From a virus (taxonomy: Duplodnaviria; Caudoviricetes), in IMG/VR virus record IMGVR_UViG_3300019459_000018, positions 1-39,283 of that record: a stretch of DNA of 39,283 bases, one strand, 5' to 3'. Of the stretch, positions 28,373 through 36,890 are shown in pieces. The stretch's first letter is position 1, and the number at the start of each line of letters is the position of its first letter. The notes under the pieces were generated by a model. The model saw only the letters and a program-made list of their open reading frames with translations, ran no database searches and was not told where the DNA came from. A program made the position numbers and the translations under genes.

Positions 28373-28492
28373 CTACGTAGTGTAAAATCCGTGTCCTCTT
28401 GCGATTCTATCAATTTCTCTGTATTTAATTCCACCTTTTTCTTTTTTAGTGTATTGTTTAATATCTCTTTCTAATACTCTTCTTGTATACAT
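28373..28492 (-). CDS. Small basic hypothetical protein (39 aa; 3' part of track ORF 28373..28603)
   Basis: ATG overlaps the endonuclease stop (TAATG): MYTRRVLERDIKQYTKKEKGGIKYREIDRIARGHGFYTT. Confidence 0.4.
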   Translation of the reverse strand: MYTRRVLERDIKQYTKKEKGGIKYREIDRIARGHGFYTT

Positions 28493-28950
28493 TAGTCGCG
28501 CTTTCTTTTTCTGTTCTCTTTGATCAGCATCACCGTCCGGTCTACTTCCTTCTGGTTTTGCGGCTTGTAAAGCGTCTTTCCAATCTTGTTTTTTGTAAGC
28601 CATAATTTAAATAATTTCCATCTCAAAGGGAAAGACTCATTAGCCCTTCCCTTGCATTCTATTATGTAGTCTTTTCCAACGAAGTCAGGTGTATACTTAA
28701 TTCCCAAAACTTTTTTTTGCCCTCTGTTAGTATACTCACCCTTTCCGTTGGATTGTTTTTCGTAAGATTGATTTTCAAAATTAAATCCTTCGACCAACTG
28801 GAAAACTTCATTTTCATAACCTTCAAATAATTTTTCTTTTTTTAAAGCCATATAAGTATACCGTTCTAAGCCTGACGCAAAGTTTATTCCGTCATAAGAT
28901 ATTTTTTTAGCTTGTACAGGTCCTCGCTTTTTACTACGTTTTTTTACCAT
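28492..28950 (-). CDS. PD-(D/E)xK endonuclease, T7 endonuclease I-like (Holliday junction resolvase)
   Basis: FASGLE, YTPDF, IIECKG motifs. Confidence 0.8.
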   Translation of the reverse strand: MVKKRSKKRGPVQAKKISYDGINFASGLERYTYMALKKEKLFEGYENEVFQLVEGFNFENQSYEKQSNGKGEYTNRGQKKVLGIKYTPDFVGKDYIIECKGRANESFPLRWKLFKLWLTKNKIGKTLYKPQNQKEVDRTVMLIKENRKRKRD

Positions 28951-29225
28951 GTTCTATCTTCTACCCATCTTTCAGGGCTTTTATGCTTACTAAAGCTATC
29001 TTCTTCTTCGTAATCTTTAAGTATCTTTTCTTCAAGAGCGTTACTTGTTTCCATCTTAAGCTTTTGAATATAGTTTACAGCATCCATTAATTCTTCTTGT
29101 AAGTGATTAAGCCATTTATGTAAGCTAGGTTCATCATCGTGTAAAGTAACACCGTATTTTTTATAACCTACATCGCTTCGTTCTTTGAACTTATCGATTA
29201 CTTGTTTAATTATTTTATCACGCAT
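28944..29225 (-). CDS. All-alpha NTP-pyrophosphatase-like (MazG superfamily) small protein
   Basis: RSDVGYKKYGVTL...WLNHLQEELMDAVNY (EExxD acidic motif). Confidence 0.55.
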   Translation of the reverse strand: MRDKIIKQVIDKFKERSDVGYKKYGVTLHDDEPSLHKWLNHLQEELMDAVNYIQKLKMETSNALEEKILKDYEEEDSFSKHKSPERWVEDRTW

Positions 29226-30012
29226 CTTTTACAAATGTTCCGTTAACCATCTTACCTGTGCGCCCAGCTATTACCTTATAAGCTGAATCTATACAGTCTT
29301 CTATATTATATCCTTTAAGCTTAGCTAAGTTTGTTAAAACAACAACCATATCACCTATAGCATCTATAAATTCAGGCTCGTCGTTTTTTAATATAGCTTG
29401 AGCTAATTCTCCAGCTTCTTCCATAAGCTTAATATATTGTGTTCTTACGTCGCCGGTTTTATATATACCTTTTTCTTCAGCCCATTCTCTAATTAATTCA
29501 AATTGATCCTGATTAGAGTATAGCTTTTCTTTATCTTTTTGAAACGGGCCAGCCATGTGCATAGCTTTATTATATACAAAGCTACGGCTTTTATTAAACA
29601 TAGATTCTTTAATATTGTCTAATATCCATTCTATTTTATCGGTTGAATCTATTTTAATATTGCCATATGGTGTTTCCCATTCAAGCTCCGCTAAAAATGC
29701 TCCATCAATATCATTTTTTGATACAGCAAATGTAGTTGTTTGATCCGTTACATTAACTTGTTTACTCATAGGTTTTTTAAATAATTTATCATAAGGTTTT
29801 ATATCAACTTTATAACCTAAGTCTTTTTGTAATTGTCTTTCAGCGTTAGCAGCCTCTTTTATATCATCTGTTTCAAATAATATTTCATATTCTCCAGGTT
29901 TAAAACCCTGTTCATCAACAACTCTTTTTTGTATATTAGTTGTACAGCCTATCTTTTTACCTAGTATATGATAAACTTTATATTTACCTGTGCTTACTGC
30001 TGATATTCCCAT
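29218..30012 (-). CDS. mazG: GIY-YIG-like N-terminal domain fused to MazG-family NTP pyrophosphohydrolase
   Basis: N-term YKVYHI.GKKIGCT.N...R...E; C-term WAEEKGI, KLMEEAGELA, DAIGDMVVVL, AYKVIAGRTGKMVNGTFVK. Confidence 0.75.
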   Translation of the reverse strand: MGISAVSTGKYKVYHILGKKIGCTTNIQKRVVDEQGFKPGEYEILFETDDIKEAANAERQLQKDLGYKVDIKPYDKLFKKPMSKQVNVTDQTTTFAVSKNDIDGAFLAELEWETPYGNIKIDSTDKIEWILDNIKESMFNKSRSFVYNKAMHMAGPFQKDKEKLYSNQDQFELIREWAEEKGIYKTGDVRTQYIKLMEEAGELAQAILKNDEPEFIDAIGDMVVVLTNLAKLKGYNIEDCIDSAYKVIAGRTGKMVNGTFVKDA

Positions 30013-30350
30013 CTTACAATATAATATTTGTTATCTTGACCTCTAAGCAAAGCATCTCTTTTTATTTCGCCTGGTCTAATCATATAATCAGATTTCCAAT
30101 TAGATTCAATAACTGCATCCATATCAGAATCTGATTCAAAAGAATCTATAACTTTAGCTTTAAGCATTATACTTTCATAATCACCTTCATACCTAGGTAA
30201 ATAATCTGATGTTGCTATAATTTTACCTTGTTGTACTGGAGCAATATAAAAATCGTCTGTCATTGTAACAAATTGTGACCCTGAATAATATACATAATCA
30301 AATTGTGCAAATGTAAATAAAGGTAATAATAATAATAATAATATTCTCAT
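29994..30350 (-). CDS. Putative exported protein with Sec signal peptide
   Basis: MRILLLLLLPLFTFA|QF...: basic start, Leu core, Ala-Gln cleavage typical of Bacteroidota. Confidence 0.6.
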   Translation of the reverse strand: MRILLLLLLPLFTFAQFDYVYYSGSQFVTMTDDFYIAPVQQGKIIATSDYLPRYEGDYESIMLKAKVIDSFESDSDMDAVIESNWKSDYMIRPGEIKRDALLRGQDNKYYIVRWEYQQ

Positions 30351-30360
30351 AATTTTAGTT

Positions 30361-31182
30361 TTAAGTTCCTACTGATAATTTTGCTTTTATTGGTTTATGC
30401 GGGTCGTAATCAAACAACATCACATCATTTATTTTTGGTAATACTAGTTCATTATCTCTTTCAAATATTCCACAACCTAATTTTACTTTAGGTGGTTTTT
30501 TAATGCTCCTAGAAAGCTGTTCTTTAACTTGCTCAAAATGATTATTATATATATGACAATCACCTAAACTAATAGTTAGTCTTCTTGGTTCTAATAAAGC
30601 TCCTTTAGCAAGCATTTCTAATAACAAGCCATACATTGCAATATCATAAGGCAAGCCTAAAAATAAATCTGCTGATCTTTGTTGAAGCATTAAATCTAAG
30701 TGTGTACCATCACTATATAGTTGGAAACTATGGTGACAAGGAGGCAATACCATATCAGGCATATCAACTGGGTTCCACGCAGATAGCATAAGTCTACGAG
30801 AGGTGGGATTTTCTTTGAGTTCTCTAACAACGGCTCTAAGCTGATCAACACCATTAAAATTGCGCCACTGATGCCCATATACAGGTCCCAATGTGCCATC
30901 CGTTCTTCCTGATCTTTTATAATCGGCGTCCCAATACCTAACGCCGTTAGAATGAAGATAATCAAGATCGACACGACCGTTGATGATCCATAATATCTCC
31001 GCAATAGCATTTTTAAAATATATTTTTTTAGTTGTTAATAAAGGAAATCCTAAAGCCATATCATGCCTGATAACTCTGCCAAACACTGATTTTGTTCCAG
31101 TTCCTGTTCTATCTGGTTTATCATAACCTCCATGCAATGTGCCTGAAAGTAAACCTAAGTATTCTTCTTCTATATTAATCAT
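30361..31182 (-). CDS. thyA: Thymidylate synthase-family enzyme with N177D-type change (candidate dCMP methylase)
   Basis: DRTGTGT, FPLLTTKK, LGPVYG.QWR, SRR, LPPCH, QRSAD.FLGLPYD (canonical PFN), GDCHIY.NH. Confidence 0.9.
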   Translation of the reverse strand: MINIEEEYLGLLSGTLHGGYDKPDRTGTGTKSVFGRVIRHDMALGFPLLTTKKIYFKNAIAEILWIINGRVDLDYLHSNGVRYWDADYKRSGRTDGTLGPVYGHQWRNFNGVDQLRAVVRELKENPTSRRLMLSAWNPVDMPDMVLPPCHHSFQLYSDGTHLDLMLQQRSADLFLGLPYDIAMYGLLLEMLAKGALLEPRRLTISLGDCHIYNNHFEQVKEQLSRSIKKPPKVKLGCGIFERDNELVLPKINDVMLFDYDPHKPIKAKLSVGT

Positions 31183-31454
31183 TGTTTATCATAATAGTAT
31201 TTACACATTTCAAACATTGCATCCCAAACCTGATTTTTATCATATATATGTTTGCTTTTATAAACTTTTTTATAATTATCAGGTGTTGAAATACCTATAT
31301 ACCATTTACCCGGAGTATTTTGTATACCTATAGGACTTATTATAATATTGCTTTTAACGCAATAATCATAATATTTTTGTTGTTTTTTTGATATGTTAAA
31401 TTCAGGTAATTTATATTTAGCCTGTTCTTTTTGTCTTTTAGTTAAAGTTCCCAT
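31179..31454 (-). CDS. Hypothetical protein (91 aa)
   Basis: Overlaps both primase-helicase stop and thyA start (ATGA). Confidence 0.6.
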   Translation of the reverse strand: MGTLTKRQKEQAKYKLPEFNISKKQQKYYDYCVKSNIIISPIGIQNTPGKWYIGISTPDNYKKVYKSKHIYDKNQVWDAMFEMCKYYYDKQ

Positions 31455-33148
31455 GGCATTTCATTTACCGCCACATTTTCATGAGGCACATAGTTACCAC
31501 TTATATGGTCCCATTTGAAATGGGCTTCTGCCTGGTTTTCACCGAGGTTTTGAAATTTAACTTTAAGAACTTTAACTTTGACTGTTTTATTATTGTAATC
31601 CCTGTGAACAAGCAAGCCATGATAAGAAGCATCATACCACTCACCACCTCCTTTAATAGAATACATAGTTGGTTCATCAATTGTGCCATCGTCTTTTTTA
31701 TACATTTTAGTTGGATGTGCAACTATTATAACTAACACATCATACTTCTTAGCAAAAGCTTCTATTCTAGTTAAGTACTCCATAGTAGCATCAGGTATGC
31801 TCATTTTTTCAGCACCCTTCATTTTAACTTTATTATATGGATCAATAACTAAACACTTTATTCCTTTGCGTTTAACAAGTTCTGCGCCTTTAGCTAAAAC
31901 AGCATCTAAATCATATCTTTCGTTTTCAATAAAATAAAAGTTATCGTTTACTAAAGATTTTACATCATTCCATTTATTGCTACCTATATCCTCTTTACTT
32001 GGCATCCAATTGCCTATTTTGCGCATTAATTTATGAGCATGTAAGAATGTAGGTTTATTTTCTGGAGACGCAAAAGCAGTTTTCCAACCATATTTTAATT
32101 GGTATCCCACCACCATTCTATCAACAAAATCAGACTTCCCACTGCTAGGAACGCCTGTAACGGTGATGAATTGTCCCGTGTAAGTACTGAATATGCTATC
32201 AAAGTTATCAAGACCGACTTGATACCCAGGTTTAAAACCTTCTTGAATAAATTCCTGTAGTTCATCGTCTATATCATTTAATGTTATTACGTTTTCAAGA
32301 GGAACAGGGCTAGCTTCATTAACAAGACGCTTGAGCATAGACCCGCCGTAAGCCATAATATATTCATTAGCATCTTTGAGACCTGAGAAGTTAAGTGTAT
32401 AGCATACTTCAGCTCCAAAACGTCTAATGAGTTCTTGTTGTAAATTTTGGCCGGCTTCATCTCCGTCAACGGCAATGATGATTTTCTTTTTGTCATTGAA
32501 ATATTCAATGCAATTGTCGAGGTAATCAAGATTAAGGCGATTAAGAGTAGCTCCGTTTGGTACAGAGACCACACTATCGATCTTAGATTCCACAAAAGAT
32601 AAAGCATCCATCTCGCCTTCCACAATAACAACATAGTCGTGCCCAACAGTGCTATCAATATTATAGAATACTTTTTCTGCCCCTTTAACAAGTTTAAAAT
32701 TCTTTCTACCATCTCTATATTTTATATTTATAAGTTCATTATTAATAAAATAATTGAATTGAATTGTGTTCTCTTCTTTAGATGTTTGAGGCATCCATTC
32801 AGGACCCTCTGTAATTTTCATTTTAATTAAAGTACGTTGTGATATTCCTCTACTTTCAAACCATTTAACAGCCCTGTTGCTAAGCATTACATCATTCTTC
32901 CACTCTGGTTTTATATAAACCTTATCAGCTTCTCCTTTGCGTTGAAAGGTATGTAATTGAAAAACCTCATCACAGTTCATACAAGTACCAAGACCACGAT
33001 CCCAATCATACATAGCGCATTTAGCTTTACGATTCTCGGGTTTTCTATCAGCAGAGCAAAGAGGGCATACACCCTCTTTTTTCCCTACCTCAAGATCATA
33101 TTGATTGAACTGGTCAATCTTAAAACCATTGATCTCTGTTGTATTCAT
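31442..33148 (-). CDS. DNA primase-helicase (T7 gp4/Twinkle-like)
   Basis: Zn ribbon CPLC...CMNC, TOPRIM VEGEMDALS and DGDEAG, Walker A GVPSSGKS, Walker B LVIDPYN, VAHP.K. Confidence 0.92.
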   Translation of the reverse strand: MNTTEINGFKIDQFNQYDLEVGKKEGVCPLCSADRKPENRKAKCAMYDWDRGLGTCMNCDEVFQLHTFQRKGEADKVYIKPEWKNDVMLSNRAVKWFESRGISQRTLIKMKITEGPEWMPQTSKEENTIQFNYFINNELINIKYRDGRKNFKLVKGAEKVFYNIDSTVGHDYVVIVEGEMDALSFVESKIDSVVSVPNGATLNRLNLDYLDNCIEYFNDKKKIIIAVDGDEAGQNLQQELIRRFGAEVCYTLNFSGLKDANEYIMAYGGSMLKRLVNEASPVPLENVITLNDIDDELQEFIQEGFKPGYQVGLDNFDSIFSTYTGQFITVTGVPSSGKSDFVDRMVVGYQLKYGWKTAFASPENKPTFLHAHKLMRKIGNWMPSKEDIGSNKWNDVKSLVNDNFYFIENERYDLDAVLAKGAELVKRKGIKCLVIDPYNKVKMKGAEKMSIPDATMEYLTRIEAFAKKYDVLVIIVAHPTKMYKKDDGTIDEPTMYSIKGGGEWYDASYHGLLVHRDYNNKTVKVKVLKVKFQNLGENQAEAHFKWDHISGNYVPHENVAVNEMPWEL

Positions 33149-33149
33149 A

Positions 33150-33206
33150 TTAATCTTCGATTAAATCGTTATCTCCGTTATCTGCTACCCAATCATCCCA
33201 ATCCAT
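33150..33206 (-). CDS. Candidate 18-aa acidic micropeptide
   Basis: MDWDDWVADNGDNDLIED; ATG overlaps SSB-like stop (TAATG) and its TAA lies 1 nt before the primase ATG. Confidence 0.45.
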   Translation of the reverse strand: MDWDDWVADNGDNDLIED

Positions 33207-33535
33207 TAAAATGGTAAATCAGGTTCTTGAGTCGCACCAGATATTGATTGTAACATATCTACATTAGACTGTTGAGGTTGCCCTTCTCTTGGAGCAGTAG
33301 TTACGTTTTGGCCATTAGTCCAAACAACTTTAACATTACCTAAATAAGATTTTTGAGCTTTAGCATCTCGTTCTTCTTTGGTTTGTTCGGTTTGTATATA
33401 ACCTGAATCTCCGTATTGACCAACCTCATCATTTAATACAATAGTAATCGGATAGTATTTACCCTTTTTACCCTCATAAATTTTTGACTTTTCAATTTTA
33501 GTTAAGTCAATGTTTGCTGAAATAATACTTGCCAT
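33206..33535 (-). CDS. Single-stranded DNA-binding-like protein
   Basis: 109 aa, beta-rich core, disordered tail ending EPDLPF (SSB-type C-terminus); within recombination/replication cluster. Confidence 0.65.
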   Translation of the reverse strand: MASIISANIDLTKIEKSKIYEGKKGKYYPITIVLNDEVGQYGDSGYIQTEQTKEERDAKAQKSYLGNVKVVWTNGQNVTTAPREGQPQQSNVDMLQSISGATQEPDLPF

Positions 33536-33702
33536 TAATATGTAGCTAATTGATTAAACATTCTTCTCATTTGATCTTTAGTAGCACCTGTTGTTCTACG
33601 TAAATTGTCCACCGCTTTTGTATGCGATTGATTGTTGTAAAAATTGTTTACGCTTGTGTTAACTCCTGTTACGTCACAAACTTTTTTTCTGGTTCTTCCC
33701 AT
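33535..33702 (-). CDS. Small hypothetical protein (55 aa, not in ORF track)
   Basis: MGRTRKKVCDVTGVNTSVNNFYNNQSHTKAVDNLRRTTGATKDQMRRMFNQLATY; TAATG overlap with SSB-like gene. Confidence 0.6.
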   Translation of the reverse strand: MGRTRKKVCDVTGVNTSVNNFYNNQSHTKAVDNLRRTTGATKDQMRRMFNQLATY

Positions 33703-33717
33703 AATATTAAATTTAAA

Positions 33718-34449
33718 TTAAAGTGTTTTGGAGATATAATATTGGCTAAAATCTCCGTCGCCATTTACAAAAAACTCATTATAAGCCTGAACTGCTTTAG
33801 CAACTTTGTTTTGTCCAGACTGCAAAAATCTTTCGCTGCAATCAAACAATCCAGTTTGTAATGTTTTTTTATCTATCACTATAAATACTAATTCATAACC
33901 AAACATTTTAGAATAAATATATGCTTGACTATCATAATTATATTTATAGGCTGAATTAGCAAAGGCATTTATATTGTTTGTAGTCTTAAGATCAATAACT
34001 AATTGATGACTATGATTAACAATATCTGCTTTACCTTTCCATTGCATACCTTCTAATTCAGTTATACCTGGCAGTTCGTATTCAACTGCACCTTCTTGTA
34101 TTAGATCTCTAAATAAATCATTATCTAATACTTTTTCACGCATCAATTCTATAGCATCAGCTTCGTGTTCAAGCAAGCATATATCTTCCCCTGCTATCTC
34201 CTTATAAGCTTTTGTATTACGTGTTGATGATTTTACTATTTTATATTTATCAAGCTTGTGAGGCTCTAATATTGTTGTATGAAAATATCCTCCGATTAAA
34301 AAAGCGGGATTAGGTGGTGAAGGTTTTTTAAATTCTAAAGGATTATTTAAGAGAGCTGATATATCACTATTGCTTAAATAAGTTTTACCAAACTCTCCAT
34401 AATAATCTTCGTCATTACGTAACCTTTCAATTGCTTTTTTATTATTCAT
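33718..34449 (-). CDS. RecE/exonuclease VIII-like PD-(D/E)xK exonuclease
   Basis: LSNSDI, G.YFHT.ILEP, KGKADIV, IDLKTT, Y.YDSQAYIY. Confidence 0.8.
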   Translation of the reverse strand: MNNKKAIERLRNDEDYYGEFGKTYLSNSDISALLNNPLEFKKPSPPNPAFLIGGYFHTTILEPHKLDKYKIVKSSTRNTKAYKEIAGEDICLLEHEADAIELMREKVLDNDLFRDLIQEGAVEYELPGITELEGMQWKGKADIVNHSHQLVIDLKTTNNINAFANSAYKYNYDSQAYIYSKMFGYELVFIVIDKKTLQTGLFDCSERFLQSGQNKVAKAVQAYNEFFVNGDGDFSQYYISKTL

Positions 34450-35032
34450 TAAGTTGTTCTAAAGCCTCAGCTGTTATAGTATATTTTTCTTGAAGAGTTT
34501 TCATTAAACCTCCATTTGCTAAAAACTTTTTAGCTTGATCAATATTCTTCATATTAATTAAAGGTTTTTTGTTTTGCATAATTTTATTTTCAAGATTATT
34601 AACTTGAGCTTTTAATGTTTGCCGCTGCATATCACGGCCATGCGTATTTGTCGCATCCGAATCAGCTGTATCATCAATAAGCAATAAATTACCTAAAGCA
34701 TATTTTTTACCATAAGAAGATGCTGAACCAAACTTTTGTGGCATTTGCATACCCTTTTGATTAAGATCAACACCTACAATAGCAGTGCCTTCAATTTGAT
34801 CACCAGTCTCAGCATCTACAATTGTAGCAGTACTATGAATTATAGGAAATTCAGATCCTAGTGTTAAGTTCTCTCTTATTGTAACATAAACACCGTACTT
34901 CTCATTATATGGTTTTAATGCTTCTAATATATCTTCCGCAGATCGGAACATATAGTTGCCAAAATTATTTTTTCTAGACTTTTTAGCTTTAAAGTCTGCC
35001 TGAATAGCACTAAGCTTCTCTCGTATGTTCAT
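34442..35032 (-). CDS. erf: ERF-family single-strand annealing protein
   Basis: FGNYMFRSAEDILEALKP, QKFGSASSYGKKYALGNLLLI; ATG at 35032 preferred over the track's 35041 start. Confidence 0.85.
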   Translation of the reverse strand: MNIREKLSAIQADFKAKKSRKNNFGNYMFRSAEDILEALKPYNEKYGVYVTIRENLTLGSEFPIIHSTATIVDAETGDQIEGTAIVGVDLNQKGMQMPQKFGSASSYGKKYALGNLLLIDDTADSDATNTHGRDMQRQTLKAQVNNLENKIMQNKKPLINMKNIDQAKKFLANGGLMKTLQEKYTITAEALEQLNE

Positions 35033-35135
35033 TAGATTCAATTATTTGATAGTTAATATAAATTCCGTTTTTATAATATGTTACAATTCCATCTCCCGTG
35101 ACTTTTGTAACTTCATCATCAATAAAACCTTCCAT
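35010..35135 (-). CDS. Small hypothetical protein (41 aa, not in ORF track)
   Basis: MEGFIDDEVTKVTGDGIVTYYKNGIYINYQIIESNEHTREA; starts 2 nt after the upstream stop. Confidence 0.45.
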   Translation of the reverse strand: MEGFIDDEVTKVTGDGIVTYYKNGIYINYQIIESNEHTREA

Positions 35136-35137
35136 AA

Positions 35138-35503
35138 TTAAGATGTTAGATCGTAAATGATGTTATCCTTTTTAAATAATCTCCGCTTATTATATTTTTT
35201 TATTGTACCGAAGATTGTTTGCCCATCTACTAAAGTGTTGTTGTGATAAGAATGTTCGTGCCATATTTTTTCTTTTTGATTTACGCCGATGCCGGTTAAT
35301 TGTTGGTTAGTTATTGGAATATATTTGCCACCTGATACTGCATTAACAGTGCTTAAATTATAATTAGGTTGCTTTTGCTTAGGTGCATTATCTTTATAAG
35401 AATTAGGTGGTTGATCACCTTGTCTTACAAACTGCAATTCATCTATTGTCGATAGACAATATTTATATTTACTTTTAAATTTATACATAATATTATAGTG
35501 CAA
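35138..35503 (-). CDS. Hypothetical protein
   Basis: 121-aa ORF tiling the operon; no motif recognised. Confidence 0.55.
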   Translation of the reverse strand: MHYNIMYKFKSKYKYCLSTIDELQFVRQGDQPPNSYKDNAPKQKQPNYNLSTVNAVSGGKYIPITNQQLTGIGVNQKEKIWHEHSYHNNTLVDGQTIFGTIKKYNKRRLFKKDNIIYDLTS

Positions 35504-35521
35504 TTTTACGTTAAAGGGACC

Positions 35522-36298
35522 TTAATCTTTATAAATTTTCAATTTATTTTCTGCCCAATCATATACTTTTGACGATGACTTAATGCCGTTGGTAACTACA
35601 AAATAAGCTAATTCATTAAGTGCATCATCATTTGATCTTAGTTTAGTTAATAAACGTTGTTTTTGTTTCTTAACATTCTCTACATTCATACTAAAATATG
35701 AAGCTATGTCTTTGATTTTCTTAGGTTTAGAATATATATCATCTAAGCCATAAAACATTTCTATCATAACATGGTATTTAGGTACATACTTTAATAGCCA
35801 ACCTTTTAAAAATTCACCCAGTTTTTCGTAATCATAATCGTATACTTCTTCGTCTATAACAGATAGTACATCATTATCAAACCACTGAGGAAACAATACA
35901 GTTATAAATCCAAAACCATTTGAATAACGTTTTTTGTCTTCATTATTCCAAACACCTTTTATAGGCCGCTTTGATCCGTCTGCATTTTTTTTAACTTCAT
36001 CTGCAACTAAACCTTTTATACTTATATTTAAGTATTTAGAAATAGCTTTCTTACGATCTAATTTAGTTTCTAATGAATTTATTAAATTCCAGTCTATATT
36101 AGACCATGATTTTAATAAAGCATAATATCCTTCTTGGTGTAGATCATTGATATTTACAACACCTATAGCAGAATATTCTTTTGAAAAACTATTTGCAATT
36201 CTAGATGCCATTTTAAAATAATCTAAAGGTATTTCAGATTTTAAATTAGAAATTGATGATTGGTTTAAAGCATATATTTTTTTATTAAAATTTTTCAT
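35522..36298 (-). CDS. Phage-encoded sigma-70-family factor
   Basis: Region-2-like NDLHQEGYYALLKSWSNIDW and region-4 HTH IEMFYGL...KIKDIASYFSMNVENVKKQKQRLLTKLR. Confidence 0.75.
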   Translation of the reverse strand: MKNFNKKIYALNQSSISNLKSEIPLDYFKMASRIANSFSKEYSAIGVVNINDLHQEGYYALLKSWSNIDWNLINSLETKLDRKKAISKYLNISIKGLVADEVKKNADGSKRPIKGVWNNEDKKRYSNGFGFITVLFPQWFDNDVLSVIDEEVYDYDYEKLGEFLKGWLLKYVPKYHVMIEMFYGLDDIYSKPKKIKDIASYFSMNVENVKKQKQRLLTKLRSNDDALNELAYFVVTNGIKSSSKVYDWAENKLKIYKD

Positions 36299-36510
36299 AT
36301 GCGTAATAGTTTTAAACGTCTGCTGTATTTTTTTATAAGCTTAGCTTTTATTTTTAATTCTTTAACAGGAATTCTATTTCTTGCTTCGCCTATTAATACA
36401 ATGTCTATAATTTCGTGTCTTAAAGAAACTATTTCATTAAGCAAAAACTCTCTATGTTTCTGTGTTCTGCTTTTAGTATCAATTCTTATTTTTCCTATTT
36501 TTATTATCAT
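36295..36510 (-). CDS. Hypothetical basic protein (71 aa)
   Basis: Short overlap with sigma gene start. Confidence 0.55.
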   Translation of the reverse strand: MIIKIGKIRIDTKSRTQKHREFLLNEIVSLRHEIIDIVLIGEARNRIPVKELKIKAKLIKKYSRRLKLLRI

Positions 36511-36598
36511 TTTTTGGCTTTCTAAAATCTTTTATTTTTGTGGCAATATTAAAACTATTGCTTGATGTTAGGTGTTTATATAGCTTTTGTGATCTCAT
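36479..36598 (-). CDS. Small basic hypothetical protein (39 aa)
   Basis: MRSQKLYKHLTSSNSFNIATKIKDFRKPKNDNKNRKNKN; ATGA overlap upstream. Confidence 0.45.
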   Translation of the reverse strand: MRSQKLYKHLTSSNSFNIATKIKDFRKPKNDNKNRKNKN

Positions 36599-36753
36599 AT
36601 TATTGTTTCAAAGTGTATGTCCACATCTGGTGGAAATTGTTTTAAAATGTGTTCGCAAGCTTGTTCTTGCACGTGTATAGCAACTTGAGTATTAATCATA
36701 TACTTATGTTGCTTACCTCTATCGTTTATAATCATATATTCTAATATACTCAT
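36595..36753 (-). CDS. Small hypothetical protein (52 aa)
   Basis: MSILEYMIINDRGKQHKYMINTQVAIHVQEQACEHILKQFPPDVDIHFETII; TAATG overlap upstream. Confidence 0.55.
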   Translation of the reverse strand: MSILEYMIINDRGKQHKYMINTQVAIHVQEQACEHILKQFPPDVDIHFETII

Positions 36754-36890
36754 TAGTATAAAGGTTTAGTGTGTTCTGGGTCTGTTTGCCAATGCTCCAT
36801 AATGTGCTCGCCAGTTGAATTATCAATATAATAGGTTTCAGTACCTATTGTTATAAATACTGAGTGCTCAGATCGTACATCTATAATCAT
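36753..36890 (-). CDS. Small hypothetical protein (45 aa)
   Basis: MIIDVRSEHSVFITIGTETYYIDNSTGEHIMEHWQTDPEHTKPLY; ATGA overlap upstream. Confidence 0.6.
   Translation of the reverse strand: MIIDVRSEHSVFITIGTETYYIDNSTGEHIMEHWQTDPEHTKPLY

Noticed and set aside
28493-28603. 5' extension of track ORF 28373..28603
   Set aside because: Overlaps the endonuclease in another frame; the ATG at 28492 coupled to the endonuclease stop is more plausible.
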